Origin: Akkermansiaceae bacterium
Lineage (GTDB): Bacteria > Verrucomicrobiota > Verrucomicrobiia > Verrucomicrobiales > DEV007
NCBI GenBank assembly: GCA_018675395.1
Contig: JABGYE010000254.1
Location: 1-62,383 of the forward strand
Direction: 5' to 3'
Length of the DNA: 62,383 nucleotides
Shown here: piece after piece, positions 28,977 to 37,197 of the stretch
Numbering within the stretch: the stretch's first letter is position 1
Layout: every line of letters begins with the position of its first letter
Translations under genes and position numbers: made by a program
Notes under the pieces: model-generated
Database searches by the model: none
Told to the model about the DNA's origin: nothing
Seen by the model: the letters and a program-made list of their open reading frames with translations, nothing else

Positions 28977-29136
28977 GTTGTGAAATTAGCTAATAAGTGA
29001 AATTAGAACAAGCTCACAGAAAAAAGACTTATCTGAATACTAGATTTTCCAAGTTTTTAGAGAGGGAATAGTTATGCCTTCGTATTCGTTTTGGATGTTC
29101 GATCTATCTAAATAGAGAAGCTAATTCCGTGATTAA

Positions 29137-30108
29137 TTAATCCAATAAAGAGCCTCCACAGGAGCTGCCTGAACCTGCAGTGCATCCAAAGCAATGAGTA
29201 GCTGTTCTTATAGGTTCATTGGAAAATTCTGTTAGATTAATTTCCCATACTTTGATTGAATCTTTTTTGTTATATGTAGGCAATTCCAGCATTTGGTTGA
29301 AGTCGCAGTCAAAGACTTCACCGAGCCAATTAACGTTAATGGTGTCTCTGCACATGAGTCCATTAATGGTTTCAGGATTGAATGCATCTTTTAAAAGTGA
29401 ATTGTAATCATTGAGCCGGCCTTCTCTTTTGAGCCAACTGGCAAACCGGGCAATGGGCATATTTGTGATACAGTAAAGCTGATTGAATTCGATTTGAAAA
29501 TGTTCTTTCATCATCGTTTTATATTTTGCTTCTAGATCTGCTTGGTCCGGAGGCAGAAAATCTCCAGATGGATTATAAACGAAATGGATCTTTAGCCTTG
29601 AGTCTGAACCATAACCTAGCCCGTTTAATTTTTGAAAAGCAGAGATGCTTTTTCTAAAAACTCCGTTACCTCTTTGCTTTTCCACGTTCTCAGGTTCGTA
29701 GCAAGGCATTGAGGCGATAATTTCAACTTCGTTTTCCGCAAGAAATTCTGCGACCCATTCATATCCCGGCTCCTCAATGATGGTGGCGTTGAGTCTATCA
29801 ATGACCTTTCGAGGAGTAGATAAGTTTCTTACTTCTTGAACTATTCTACGGAAGTCGGGAATCATTTCAGGTGTTCCTCCCGTAAGGTCAAGTGTTGGAA
29901 TATTCGTCATTGAAAACCAATCCAGAATTTTGGTAACTGTATCGGTTCTTATGACTTCTTTGCGGTGTGGCCCTGCATTCACATGACAGTGCGAGCAGGT
30001 TAAATTACATAGCTTTCCAAGGTTTAATTGTAGGATTTGAGGATCTTTCCGGCCGAGTTGGATTCCTTCTCTGGCAAGAGTCTCATTAAAATTGCAGGTT
30101 TCTTTCAA
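29137..30108 (-). CDS. Radical SAM/Cys-rich domain protein (ArsS-like, arsenosugar-biosynthesis family)
   Basis: 323 aa. Radical SAM cluster motif GKLCNLTCSHCHVNAGP (CxxxCxxC) and a C-terminal Cys-rich tail THCFGCTAGSGSSCGGSLL, characteristic of this family as I recall it. Confidence 0.65.
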   Translation of the reverse strand: MKETCNFNETLAREGIQLGRKDPQILQLNLGKLCNLTCSHCHVNAGPHRKEVIRTDTVTKILDWFSMTNIPTLDLTGGTPEMIPDFRRIVQEVRNLSTPRKVIDRLNATIIEEPGYEWVAEFLAENEVEIIASMPCYEPENVEKQRGNGVFRKSISAFQKLNGLGYGSDSRLKIHFVYNPSGDFLPPDQADLEAKYKTMMKEHFQIEFNQLYCITNMPIARFASWLKREGRLNDYNSLLKDAFNPETINGLMCRDTINVNWLGEVFDCDFNQMLELPTYNKKDSIKVWEINLTEFSNEPIRTATHCFGCTAGSGSSCGGSLLD

Positions 30109-30229
30109 TTTATGATAACTGATTAATATAGATGCTTTAGATTATAAAAATTATTGAGAATTGTAATAGCAGTATTTAGTTTTTTGTCCTTCCTTGTGTA
30201 AGCTTCAATAAAATGTTAATTTAATTCAA

Positions 30230-30829
30230 ATGACACCAAGTACACTAATTACCCTAGGCGTATTAGCCGGAATTTTCATTGTTGCTGTTCTTGTGATAGG
30301 CGGCATGTACAACGCGCTTGTCAAATTACGCAATAAATTCGAAAATGCATGGGCTCAGATTGATGTCCAACTAGAGCGTCGCTTTGATCTGATTCCTGAC
30401 CTTGTTGAAACGGTTAAGGGTTACATGAAGCATGAGAAGGAGACCTTGGATGCGGTCATTATGGCACGGAACACGGCCGTGCAGGCAAGAAAGAATACAT
30501 CTTCAAATATTGGAGATCCGGATAGTATGGGAGCACTCATGGCTGCGGAATCGGGACTATCCGGTGCACTGGGAAATCTTTTTGCTCTTTCGGAAAGTTA
30601 TCCCGATCTCAAGGCCAATCAGAACATGGCCACATTGCAGGAAGAGCTCAGCACGACCGAGAATAAAATTGCTTTTGCAAGGCAACACTACAATGACAGC
30701 GTGACTGCTTACAACACTAAGCGAGAAGTGTTCCCTTCCAATATCATTGCAGGACTCTTTGGATTCAAGGACAGAGCACTTTATGAGGTTAGTGAGGATA
30801 AGAGGGAAAAGGTTGCTGTTAATTTTTAA
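30230..30829 (+). CDS. LemA family protein
   Basis: 199 aa. Single N-terminal TM, then YNALVKLRNKFENAWAQIDVQLERRFDLIPDLVETVKGYMKHEKETL and ALSESYPDLKANQNM, the classic LemA blocks. Confidence 0.9.
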   Translation: MTPSTLITLGVLAGIFIVAVLVIGGMYNALVKLRNKFENAWAQIDVQLERRFDLIPDLVETVKGYMKHEKETLDAVIMARNTAVQARKNTSSNIGDPDSMGALMAAESGLSGALGNLFALSESYPDLKANQNMATLQEELSTTENKIAFARQHYNDSVTAYNTKREVFPSNIIAGLFGFKDRALYEVSEDKREKVAVNF

Positions 30830-30863
30830 GTCTCATTACTTTATTGATGTTGATTCATAAGGA

Positions 30864-32828
30864 ATGGATTTCTTTGATCGTCAGGAACTTGCAAGGAAGA
30901 ATTCCAAGCATCTTATTTACTATTATATTGTAGCTGTCATTGGCATTGTTTGTTCTTTTGGATTTGCAGTACTGGGAGCCAGATACCTGTTTCTAGTTCA
31001 GCAATCTGCCCAGACAAATCCATTAGTGAGGCAAAGTTTTTTTGATCCAGAATTTTTTCTTTATTCTGCGCTAGGGGTATTGGCCTTAATTATATTGTCT
31101 ACTATATTTAAAATTGCGGCCCTGTCCGGGGGCGGGGACGCAGTAGCTAAATCTCTCGGAGGAAAGGAAGTGGATCCAACGACCAAGGATCCGCGGTATA
31201 GGAGGCTTATTAATGTCGTCGAAGAGATGTCGATTGCTTCAGGCGTTCCTGTTCCGAGCATTTATGTGATGGAACAGGAGGATGGGATTAATGCCTTTGC
31301 TGCAGGCCATTCGTCTAGCAATGCAACGATTGGTGTGACAGCTGGTTGTCTTAATAAGTTAAGTCGTTCGGAATTGCAGGGCGTTATTGCTCACGAATTC
31401 AGTCACATTCTTAATGGTGATATGCGGCTCAATATTCGTATGATGTCAGTTCTGTACGGCATTCTAATGATGTTCGTAGTAGGTAAATTTATTTTAAGAG
31501 GCTTTGGTCGATCTTCTTCCCGATCCAGATCCAGCTCAAAGGAAGGAGGAGGTGATAGTTTCATAATTGTTGTGGGTCTTGCCTTACTTCTCATTGGATT
31601 GATGGGTTCAATCATGGCCAGACTCATTAAGTCTGCCCTTTCTCGTCAACGAGAGTTCTTGGCTGATGCTTCAGCCGTTCAGTTCACTCGGGACCCTTCG
31701 GGTATTTCTGGAGCTCTCAAAAAGATAGGAGGTTTTGCCGGTGCACGGATTGAACATCCGAGGAGGGAAGAAGCAAGCCACATGTTCTTTGGCTCTTGTT
31801 ATAAGAAAAAATTATCTAATCTCTTTGCGACACATCCTCCAATAGATGAACGCATACGAACCATCGGAGGCAATTCCGATGAATTCAAGACTTTGTCAAA
31901 GGAATCAGAATTAAATTCAGGTCAAATAAGTATGGATGAGGCGCAATCCTTGGTCTCATCTTTTTCAGATTCGAGTACGCATGCGCCTGATCCTGAGAAG
32001 GGTTTTTTCCAGGAAAAAGATCTCAATCAAATTGGTCAGATCATGGCGGCTCAGGTAGTTGTTGCCCAGAGGATTGTTTCTGAGATAGATAAATCTTTAA
32101 TTTCATTAGTTCATCAGAAGTCGGGGGCTCTTGCTATTGTGTATTCGCTACTCCTTTCAGAAAATGATTTAGTGAGAGGAAACCAGTTAAAAATCATTAA
32201 GGGCTCCTGTGAGGGTGATATATCTAAAACCCTTAAGGCTATTTCAGATCAGATCGAAGGAATGCACTCAACAAAAAAAATTGCCTTATTGGATCTTGCA
32301 GTTCCCGTTCTGAGGCGCATTTCTCCCGAAGAGTACGAAAAATTCTGTGAGATTATTAATGAGTTGATTAACATTGATCAAGAGGTGGACTTATTTGAGT
32401 TCATGATACAGAAAAATATTAGGCTTCATTTAGACACTTTCTTTGGAAGAATCCAGCCTCCGAATGAAACGATTAAGACCTTATCTAAACTGAATCATGA
32501 ATCGTCTGTTCTCCTTTCTGCTATTGCAGGTTTTGGTAATGAGGATGAACTTAATCGCGTCCAAGCCTTCAAGAAAGGGGCTCCTGTCCTTGAATTGTAC
32601 GGTACTGGAAAACTTAAGTTCTTGCCCCCAGTGAATTGTGGTATAGGTCAAATGGGTGAGGCTCTTAAAGCGTTTGAGAAGTGCGTTCCGACACTAAAAA
32701 AGACTCTTCTGATTGCTTGTGGCAAGGCAGCCATTTCTGATGGTAAAATTAGCAGTAATGAAGCTGAGATTCTTCGGGCCATTGGGGATTCTATTGGGAC
32801 TCCGATACCTCCATTCGTTTATAGCTAA
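30864..32828 (+). CDS. M48-family (HtpX-like) membrane zinc metallopeptidase with a long C-terminal TerB-like helical extension
   Basis: 654 aa. HEXXH = HEFSH at aa 177-181 (nt 31392-31406), downstream REFLADASAVQFT and ATHPPIDERI, TM segments flanking the catalytic domain, and a C-terminal ~270 aa with TerB-like patterns (IALLDLAVPVLRRISPEEYEKF..., AISDGKISSNEAEILRAIGDSIG). Confidence 0.8.
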   Translation: MDFFDRQELARKNSKHLIYYYIVAVIGIVCSFGFAVLGARYLFLVQQSAQTNPLVRQSFFDPEFFLYSALGVLALIILSTIFKIAALSGGGDAVAKSLGGKEVDPTTKDPRYRRLINVVEEMSIASGVPVPSIYVMEQEDGINAFAAGHSSSNATIGVTAGCLNKLSRSELQGVIAHEFSHILNGDMRLNIRMMSVLYGILMMFVVGKFILRGFGRSSSRSRSSSKEGGGDSFIIVVGLALLLIGLMGSIMARLIKSALSRQREFLADASAVQFTRDPSGISGALKKIGGFAGARIEHPRREEASHMFFGSCYKKKLSNLFATHPPIDERIRTIGGNSDEFKTLSKESELNSGQISMDEAQSLVSSFSDSSTHAPDPEKGFFQEKDLNQIGQIMAAQVVVAQRIVSEIDKSLISLVHQKSGALAIVYSLLLSENDLVRGNQLKIIKGSCEGDISKTLKAISDQIEGMHSTKKIALLDLAVPVLRRISPEEYEKFCEIINELINIDQEVDLFEFMIQKNIRLHLDTFFGRIQPPNETIKTLSKLNHESSVLLSAIAGFGNEDELNRVQAFKKGAPVLELYGTGKLKFLPPVNCGIGQMGEALKAFEKCVPTLKKTLLIACGKAAISDGKISSNEAEILRAIGDSIGTPIPPFVYS

Positions 32829-32873
32829 AACTGATAATGGACAGAGAGTAATCCTGAGGCTTAGTAGGAGTAA

Positions 32874-33749
32874 GTGAACTCTGCACAACAACAGAAGGTA
32901 CCCCATGCGCCTTGGTGGATTTGGCCAAACCTATTGGGAATAGATGCGCCTATTGTGGCTGTCGTTTGGCAATACTTTTTTGTCTGTAATTTTGGGTTAA
33001 AGATACCCGGGTCAAATTATCTAACTCTGTTCTCTGTTGTTTGGGTCATTTATTCAGTAGACCGGTTATTGGATGCACGAATGTTGAAGAGACCTGAGGG
33101 GGCAACATTGAGGCACTCCTTTTATCATAGGAATTATCGTATTGCTTTTGTTTTCACTGGGGTCCTGATCGTTTTCGCTGGTTTATCCTGTCTCTGTTTC
33201 CTTCCGGTGGAATTGATAAAGACAGGATCATTCGTTGGTGCTTTTGTCGTGGTTTATTTATTGCATCAAATTTGGGCCAAGGGCCCTATGATGATGATTG
33301 TACCTAAGGAAGTTTTTATAGGGATGGTCTTTGCGGTTGGATCTACATTGACTGGACATACTTGGTCAGGAGAATCGATTTTGGATGCTTTCTTTTCGCC
33401 TTCAGTGATTCTTTTTGGGGTCTTATGTTCAATGAATTGCATTGCAATTTCAGTTTGGGAACGTGTCCATGATGTGGAGAATGATTCGAATGCTCTGCCT
33501 CAGCTCTTTCCTCAAGTCGTAAAATTATTTCCAATAATTGCGTGTGCCGTATTTATTTCTTTAATAGCATTTAGTCTTGCCAATCATGATCATGTGGGAT
33601 TTCCTATTTTTGTAGCTTCTGGTATGGGTTGTGGGCTCATTGCTTTTCTTTCTTTTTTTGATGGTAAAGCTTCGAGTCAATTCCTTCGATTTGCAGCGGA
33701 CATGGCGGTGATGGTACCTGCTTTATTATGTCTTGCTTTGTGGTTATGA
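32874..33749 (+). CDS. Polytopic membrane protein, UbiA-prenyltransferase-like (tentative)
   Basis: 291 aa with ~8 hydrophobic segments. Two Asp-rich motifs sit at UbiA-like positions: DRLLD (63-67) and DVEND (200-204). GTG start per the ORF track; no in-frame ATG is seen nearby. Confidence 0.4.
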   Translation: MNSAQQQKVPHAPWWIWPNLLGIDAPIVAVVWQYFFVCNFGLKIPGSNYLTLFSVVWVIYSVDRLLDARMLKRPEGATLRHSFYHRNYRIAFVFTGVLIVFAGLSCLCFLPVELIKTGSFVGAFVVVYLLHQIWAKGPMMMIVPKEVFIGMVFAVGSTLTGHTWSGESILDAFFSPSVILFGVLCSMNCIAISVWERVHDVENDSNALPQLFPQVVKLFPIIACAVFISLIAFSLANHDHVGFPIFVASGMGCGLIAFLSFFDGKASSQFLRFAADMAVMVPALLCLALWL

Positions 33750-34378
33750 GATTTGATCGGATAGCCCGTTATTATGGATGGATAGAGTCAATTGTTTTTG
33801 GTGAGGATCTTCAACGCATTCGTTGTAGTCACATGGAGACTTTTCTTGAGGCTGAATCAATTTTATTACTTGGAGACGGGAATGGTCGCTTTCTTAAAGC
33901 ACTACTAGATTCGGGTTGTTCAGCAAAAATAATATGTGTGGATTCGAGTCAAAGGATGTTAAATTTAGCCGAGTCTTTGACAAAGGGTTCGGAGTGCAAT
34001 GTCCATTTTGTTTTTAGTAAAATAGAAGATTATAACCTTCCGGATTCTTTTATTCCTGATGTGATCGGATCGCATTTTTTCCTCGATTGTTTTAACGAGG
34101 ATGAAATTCTTGTCATTCTTGATCGTATATCTGGATGGTGCAAAGAGCACACGAAGTTGATTATTAGTGATTTTGCAATTCCTGAAAAAAAAGGCTCCAC
34201 AAGAGTGATTGCCAGATTGTTAGTCTGGCAAATGATTGTCTTTTTCCGAATTTTTGCCGGCATTTCGGCCTATGAGCTTCCCAAAATAAGCCAATTACTA
34301 CCAGAGATGAGCTATAACTGTATAAAAAAAGAGACGCTACGTAACGGTTTTATTTGTAGCTGGGTATGGCAATTATAA
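33746..34378 (+). CDS. Class I SAM-dependent methyltransferase
   Basis: Motif I ILLLGDGNGRFL and post-I VDSSQRML. I prefer ATG 33746 (MRFDRIARYYGW...), which forms an ATGA overlap with the upstream TGA stop (33747-33749). The ORF track start at 33728 is the alternative. Confidence 0.7.
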   Translation: MRFDRIARYYGWIESIVFGEDLQRIRCSHMETFLEAESILLLGDGNGRFLKALLDSGCSAKIICVDSSQRMLNLAESLTKGSECNVHFVFSKIEDYNLPDSFIPDVIGSHFFLDCFNEDEILVILDRISGWCKEHTKLIISDFAIPEKKGSTRVIARLLVWQMIVFFRIFAGISAYELPKISQLLPEMSYNCIKKETLRNGFICSWVWQL

Positions 34379-34480
34379 GTAGCTTGAAAAGACCTTGAAC
34401 CGATCTCTGTAACTGGTAGAGTAGAAGTGTTAAATACTTCTCAATACATTAAGTAATTTACTTATATGTACTTGCAGTTT

Positions 34481-34510
34481 TTGACTAAAGAAAAGAACCC
34501 CAAGTAATTA
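34481..34510 (+). promoter_or_regulatory. Candidate sigma-70-like promoter for the pseudopilin-like gene (TTGACT - 18 nt - TAATTA)
   Basis: TTGACT at 34481-34486 and TAATTA at 34505-34510, about 29 nt upstream of ATG 34539. This is a motif match only, in an AT-rich region where such matches are frequent. Confidence 0.25.
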
Positions 34511-34538
34511 GAATTAAAATCCCACTAGAAAATATAAA

Positions 34539-35189
34539 ATGAAAGCTAAGCCCAACCAGAAAGGTTTCACTCTTATCGAACTGTTGGTGGTCATTACGAT
34601 CATTGCAATCCTAGCCAGTGTGTCTATGCCGGTATTCTCATCAATCCAGCGTAAGGCGAAATTAAACAAGTCGTTGCAACAGGCGAAGGGAATTTACACA
34701 GGTATGTACGCTAAATATGGTGCAGATGGGTTTCTTCCTGAAGAGGACAATGCGAATGATATCCTTAAGGATATTGCAATCGAAATGGATTCTGAAAAAC
34801 CATTCTATGTGGCAGGTTCTATGTGGCACGGCAGAGGAACTACTTCGGGTGGAGGTGATGACTTGCATGAAAGAAGTACACCGGCAGGAATTGCTCTTGA
34901 AGCGGGCGAAAATCATTACGCTGTAAATAAAACGTCAACTTTCGAACCTCGTTATCCGATCCTTGCCTCTGGTTTCTCACAGACTCCAGGGAAATATGCT
35001 TCGGAAAAGACTGAACTTGGTGGAATTTGGGGAGGAATGGAAGCTGTATGTATTTTTGGTGATGGAAGCGGCGAAATTGTTGAATTGGATGAGCAATACA
35101 AAGCAATGAAAGACGTTAAGGGAAGTAAGATCGACCTTTTTAAATATCAGGGAAAGGTGAATATGGTTAATCCTAGGCGCGGGAACTAA
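34539..35189 (+). CDS. Prepilin-type N-terminal cleavage/methylation domain protein (type II/IV pseudopilin-like)
   Basis: 216 aa. N-terminus MKAKPNQKGFTLIELLVVITIIAILASV is the canonical G/FTLIE class III signal. Confidence 0.85.
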   Translation: MKAKPNQKGFTLIELLVVITIIAILASVSMPVFSSIQRKAKLNKSLQQAKGIYTGMYAKYGADGFLPEEDNANDILKDIAIEMDSEKPFYVAGSMWHGRGTTSGGGDDLHERSTPAGIALEAGENHYAVNKTSTFEPRYPILASGFSQTPGKYASEKTELGGIWGGMEAVCIFGDGSGEIVELDEQYKAMKDVKGSKIDLFKYQGKVNMVNPRRGN

Positions 35190-35220
35190 AACGTTCTTCT
35201 TATTACTTATTTTATTTAAA

Positions 35221-35253
35221 CCGGTCCCTGATCATTCAGGGTCCGGTTTTTTT
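35221..35253 (+). terminator. Rho-independent terminator of the pseudopilin-like gene
   Basis: ccggtccctga (35221-35231) / tcat loop / tcagggtccgg (35236-35246) pairs 10 of 11 positions with one T-T mismatch. It is followed by T7 (35247-35253) and lies 31 nt after the TAA stop. Confidence 0.65.
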
Positions 35254-37163
35254 ATTTCTACATCCTTGTCTAAATTCGGATCAGTATCAGAGACTGTCCT
35301 GAAGCCAATATAATTGGTCTTGTAGTTTCGGGAATTAAGAATTTTTCTGGTTGTGACTTGTGGCATTTTAGAATGAGAATAATTAAAATTTCCACCTCGC
35401 ACAATGGGAACAAATTCACCAAGAATTTCAGGGTCAGGCTCTTGACTGCTCGTCCATTCGCTGACGTTACCAAAGAGACCCCCAACGCCTTCCTCACTGA
35501 CATCAGATAGGAGCGTATCCATAGGCTTCCAGGCCATAAACTTATCATTGCGTGGCTCTAATGCTTTAAGTTCATTGCCCCAAGGATATAACCTTCCGTA
35601 CTTACCTCTTGCAGATTTTTCCCATTCTTTTTCACTGGGCAGTCTATGGTTCTTCCATTTTGCATATGCATATGCATCCCACCAGTCTACGTAGATCACT
35701 GGACAATCTAGATTAATGGAATTTCCTTCATATTCTTTCCCTAATCTTGCAGCTGCATAATATTCATCCCAATTATTTGGCTTGTGCTGAAATTTTTCTA
35801 TTGGCTGATCCGGGTGAATAAATTCCTTGCTGTTTAAAGAGTTAATTGCGTCTAGGAATGCTTTGTATTGGGCGATAGTGACTTCATATTTGTCGATCCA
35901 GAAAGTCGGTAATGTTTCTGTGATGTCTTTTTGATAGGTAAATTCTCCACCTTCAATTCTGATCATAGTTTCAGAATCGATGATTATTGGTTCAGGTGAT
36001 TTGATGTTCCGGTTAAATAAAAGGTAAGCCGTTACTATTGCTATTATTAGGATGATGGCAGTGAATGCCCAAATCCTTGACATGTTATGACGAGGATCCA
36101 TTGGTTCGTCAGCTAGATGAAGTAATTCAGAAAGGCCTTCCTCACTTTGACTGATGCTGTGCTTTAGTTTGTTCCATGTGCTGGGACCCGATTGATGACG
36201 CATAACCTCCAATAAAATGGACCCGGTTTTACTTTTAGATTCATCGATAAATTCTTGAAGTATTTGACCGAGATAGCGAATATTTCCTTCTTCCTTAGTG
36301 CTATCTCTTTGATGATTGATCGCTGTATTAGCAATTCTAGTCATTCCGTCAGAGCTCAAGTAGATATGCGATGCTTTGAGTGTTTGGTGAGGTATATCGT
36401 TGTGCGTTAGATACAATTGGGTTTCTACGACTGTTTTGAGTATTCTTATGATATGCTCTTCACTTAATTTAATTCCGTAATGATGAGCATCAGATAGGTT
36501 TTGCCCAGAGATTAATTCACTGGTATAAAATAAGGCCCCTTCTTCTTCATGGCCTTCATAAATTGCTGCGATGTGCGGATGAGAAACTTTTGCTTTGGCT
36601 CTGACAAGTTCACGGAATCCATTCACGGAATTCTCATTTTTACTGAGTTTTGGATTTAGTAGAATGAGCGCGACTTTGCGATCAATCGAGAGTTGAATGG
36701 CTTCGTGAACTTCAGTGTCTCCTTCGCTTCTGATGAATCGAAGGAGTTCATAATCACCTAGTTTTTTTCCTGGCGCCGTTAAAGTATTAGCCAATGGAAT
36801 CTTTTCCTCTTCCTTGGAATCATCGATTCTTATTGGATTAACAGGAGATCTGGGAGTGGTTCTTGTTATGGAAACCTGTGGATGCAGTTGGTTCCGATTA
36901 AGCCATTCTTGAATATTTGATTTATCATCTTCATTAAATGTACAAATTTTTATTTTTGGAAATTCTTTTAAGATTTTTTCCTGCAAACCATCTAGTGAGT
37001 TGGTGGTATCAATGAGAATGTCTATTTTATCCGTTTGCAATACCTCTTCGAGCAATGTCTCGGGAGATTGACGGACGTTTATATGATGCTCCTCAAATCT
37101 TTCCAGAGCACTGACAATTTTGTCGGTGGTTTCTGTGTTATTTGAAATGATGAAGGAGATCAT
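35232..37163 (-). CDS. Membrane-spanning sensor-like protein: degenerate receiver-like N-terminus, degenerate Ser/Thr-kinase-like domain, one TM helix, extracytoplasmic FGE/SUMF1-fold (DUF323) domain
   Basis: 643 aa. The kinase-like region aa ~136-330 has KVALILL at the VAIK position, HNDIPHQTLKASHIYL at HRDLKPxN and RIANTA at DFG. TM IWAFTAIILIIAIVTAYLLF (364-383). FGE-fold blocks YEVTIAQYKAFLDA, RLPSEKEWEKSARG, YPWGN, VRGGNF and IGFRTV. Confidence 0.7.
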   Translation of the reverse strand: MISFIISNNTETTDKIVSALERFEEHHINVRQSPETLLEEVLQTDKIDILIDTTNSLDGLQEKILKEFPKIKICTFNEDDKSNIQEWLNRNQLHPQVSITRTTPRSPVNPIRIDDSKEEEKIPLANTLTAPGKKLGDYELLRFIRSEGDTEVHEAIQLSIDRKVALILLNPKLSKNENSVNGFRELVRAKAKVSHPHIAAIYEGHEEEGALFYTSELISGQNLSDAHHYGIKLSEEHIIRILKTVVETQLYLTHNDIPHQTLKASHIYLSSDGMTRIANTAINHQRDSTKEEGNIRYLGQILQEFIDESKSKTGSILLEVMRHQSGPSTWNKLKHSISQSEEGLSELLHLADEPMDPRHNMSRIWAFTAIILIIAIVTAYLLFNRNIKSPEPIIIDSETMIRIEGGEFTYQKDITETLPTFWIDKYEVTIAQYKAFLDAINSLNSKEFIHPDQPIEKFQHKPNNWDEYYAAARLGKEYEGNSINLDCPVIYVDWWDAYAYAKWKNHRLPSEKEWEKSARGKYGRLYPWGNELKALEPRNDKFMAWKPMDTLLSDVSEEGVGGLFGNVSEWTSSQEPDPEILGEFVPIVRGGNFNYSHSKMPQVTTRKILNSRNYKTNYIGFRTVSDTDPNLDKDVEIKKPDPE

Positions 37164-37197
37164 ATTATTTATAGGAAGCTTTGAATTAGCTGCTTTT

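Noticed and set aside
29137-30108. Selenocysteine recoding in the ArsS-like radical SAM gene
   Set aside because: The ORF is complete without any in-frame TGA, and the Cys-rich tail is encoded by ordinary Cys codons.
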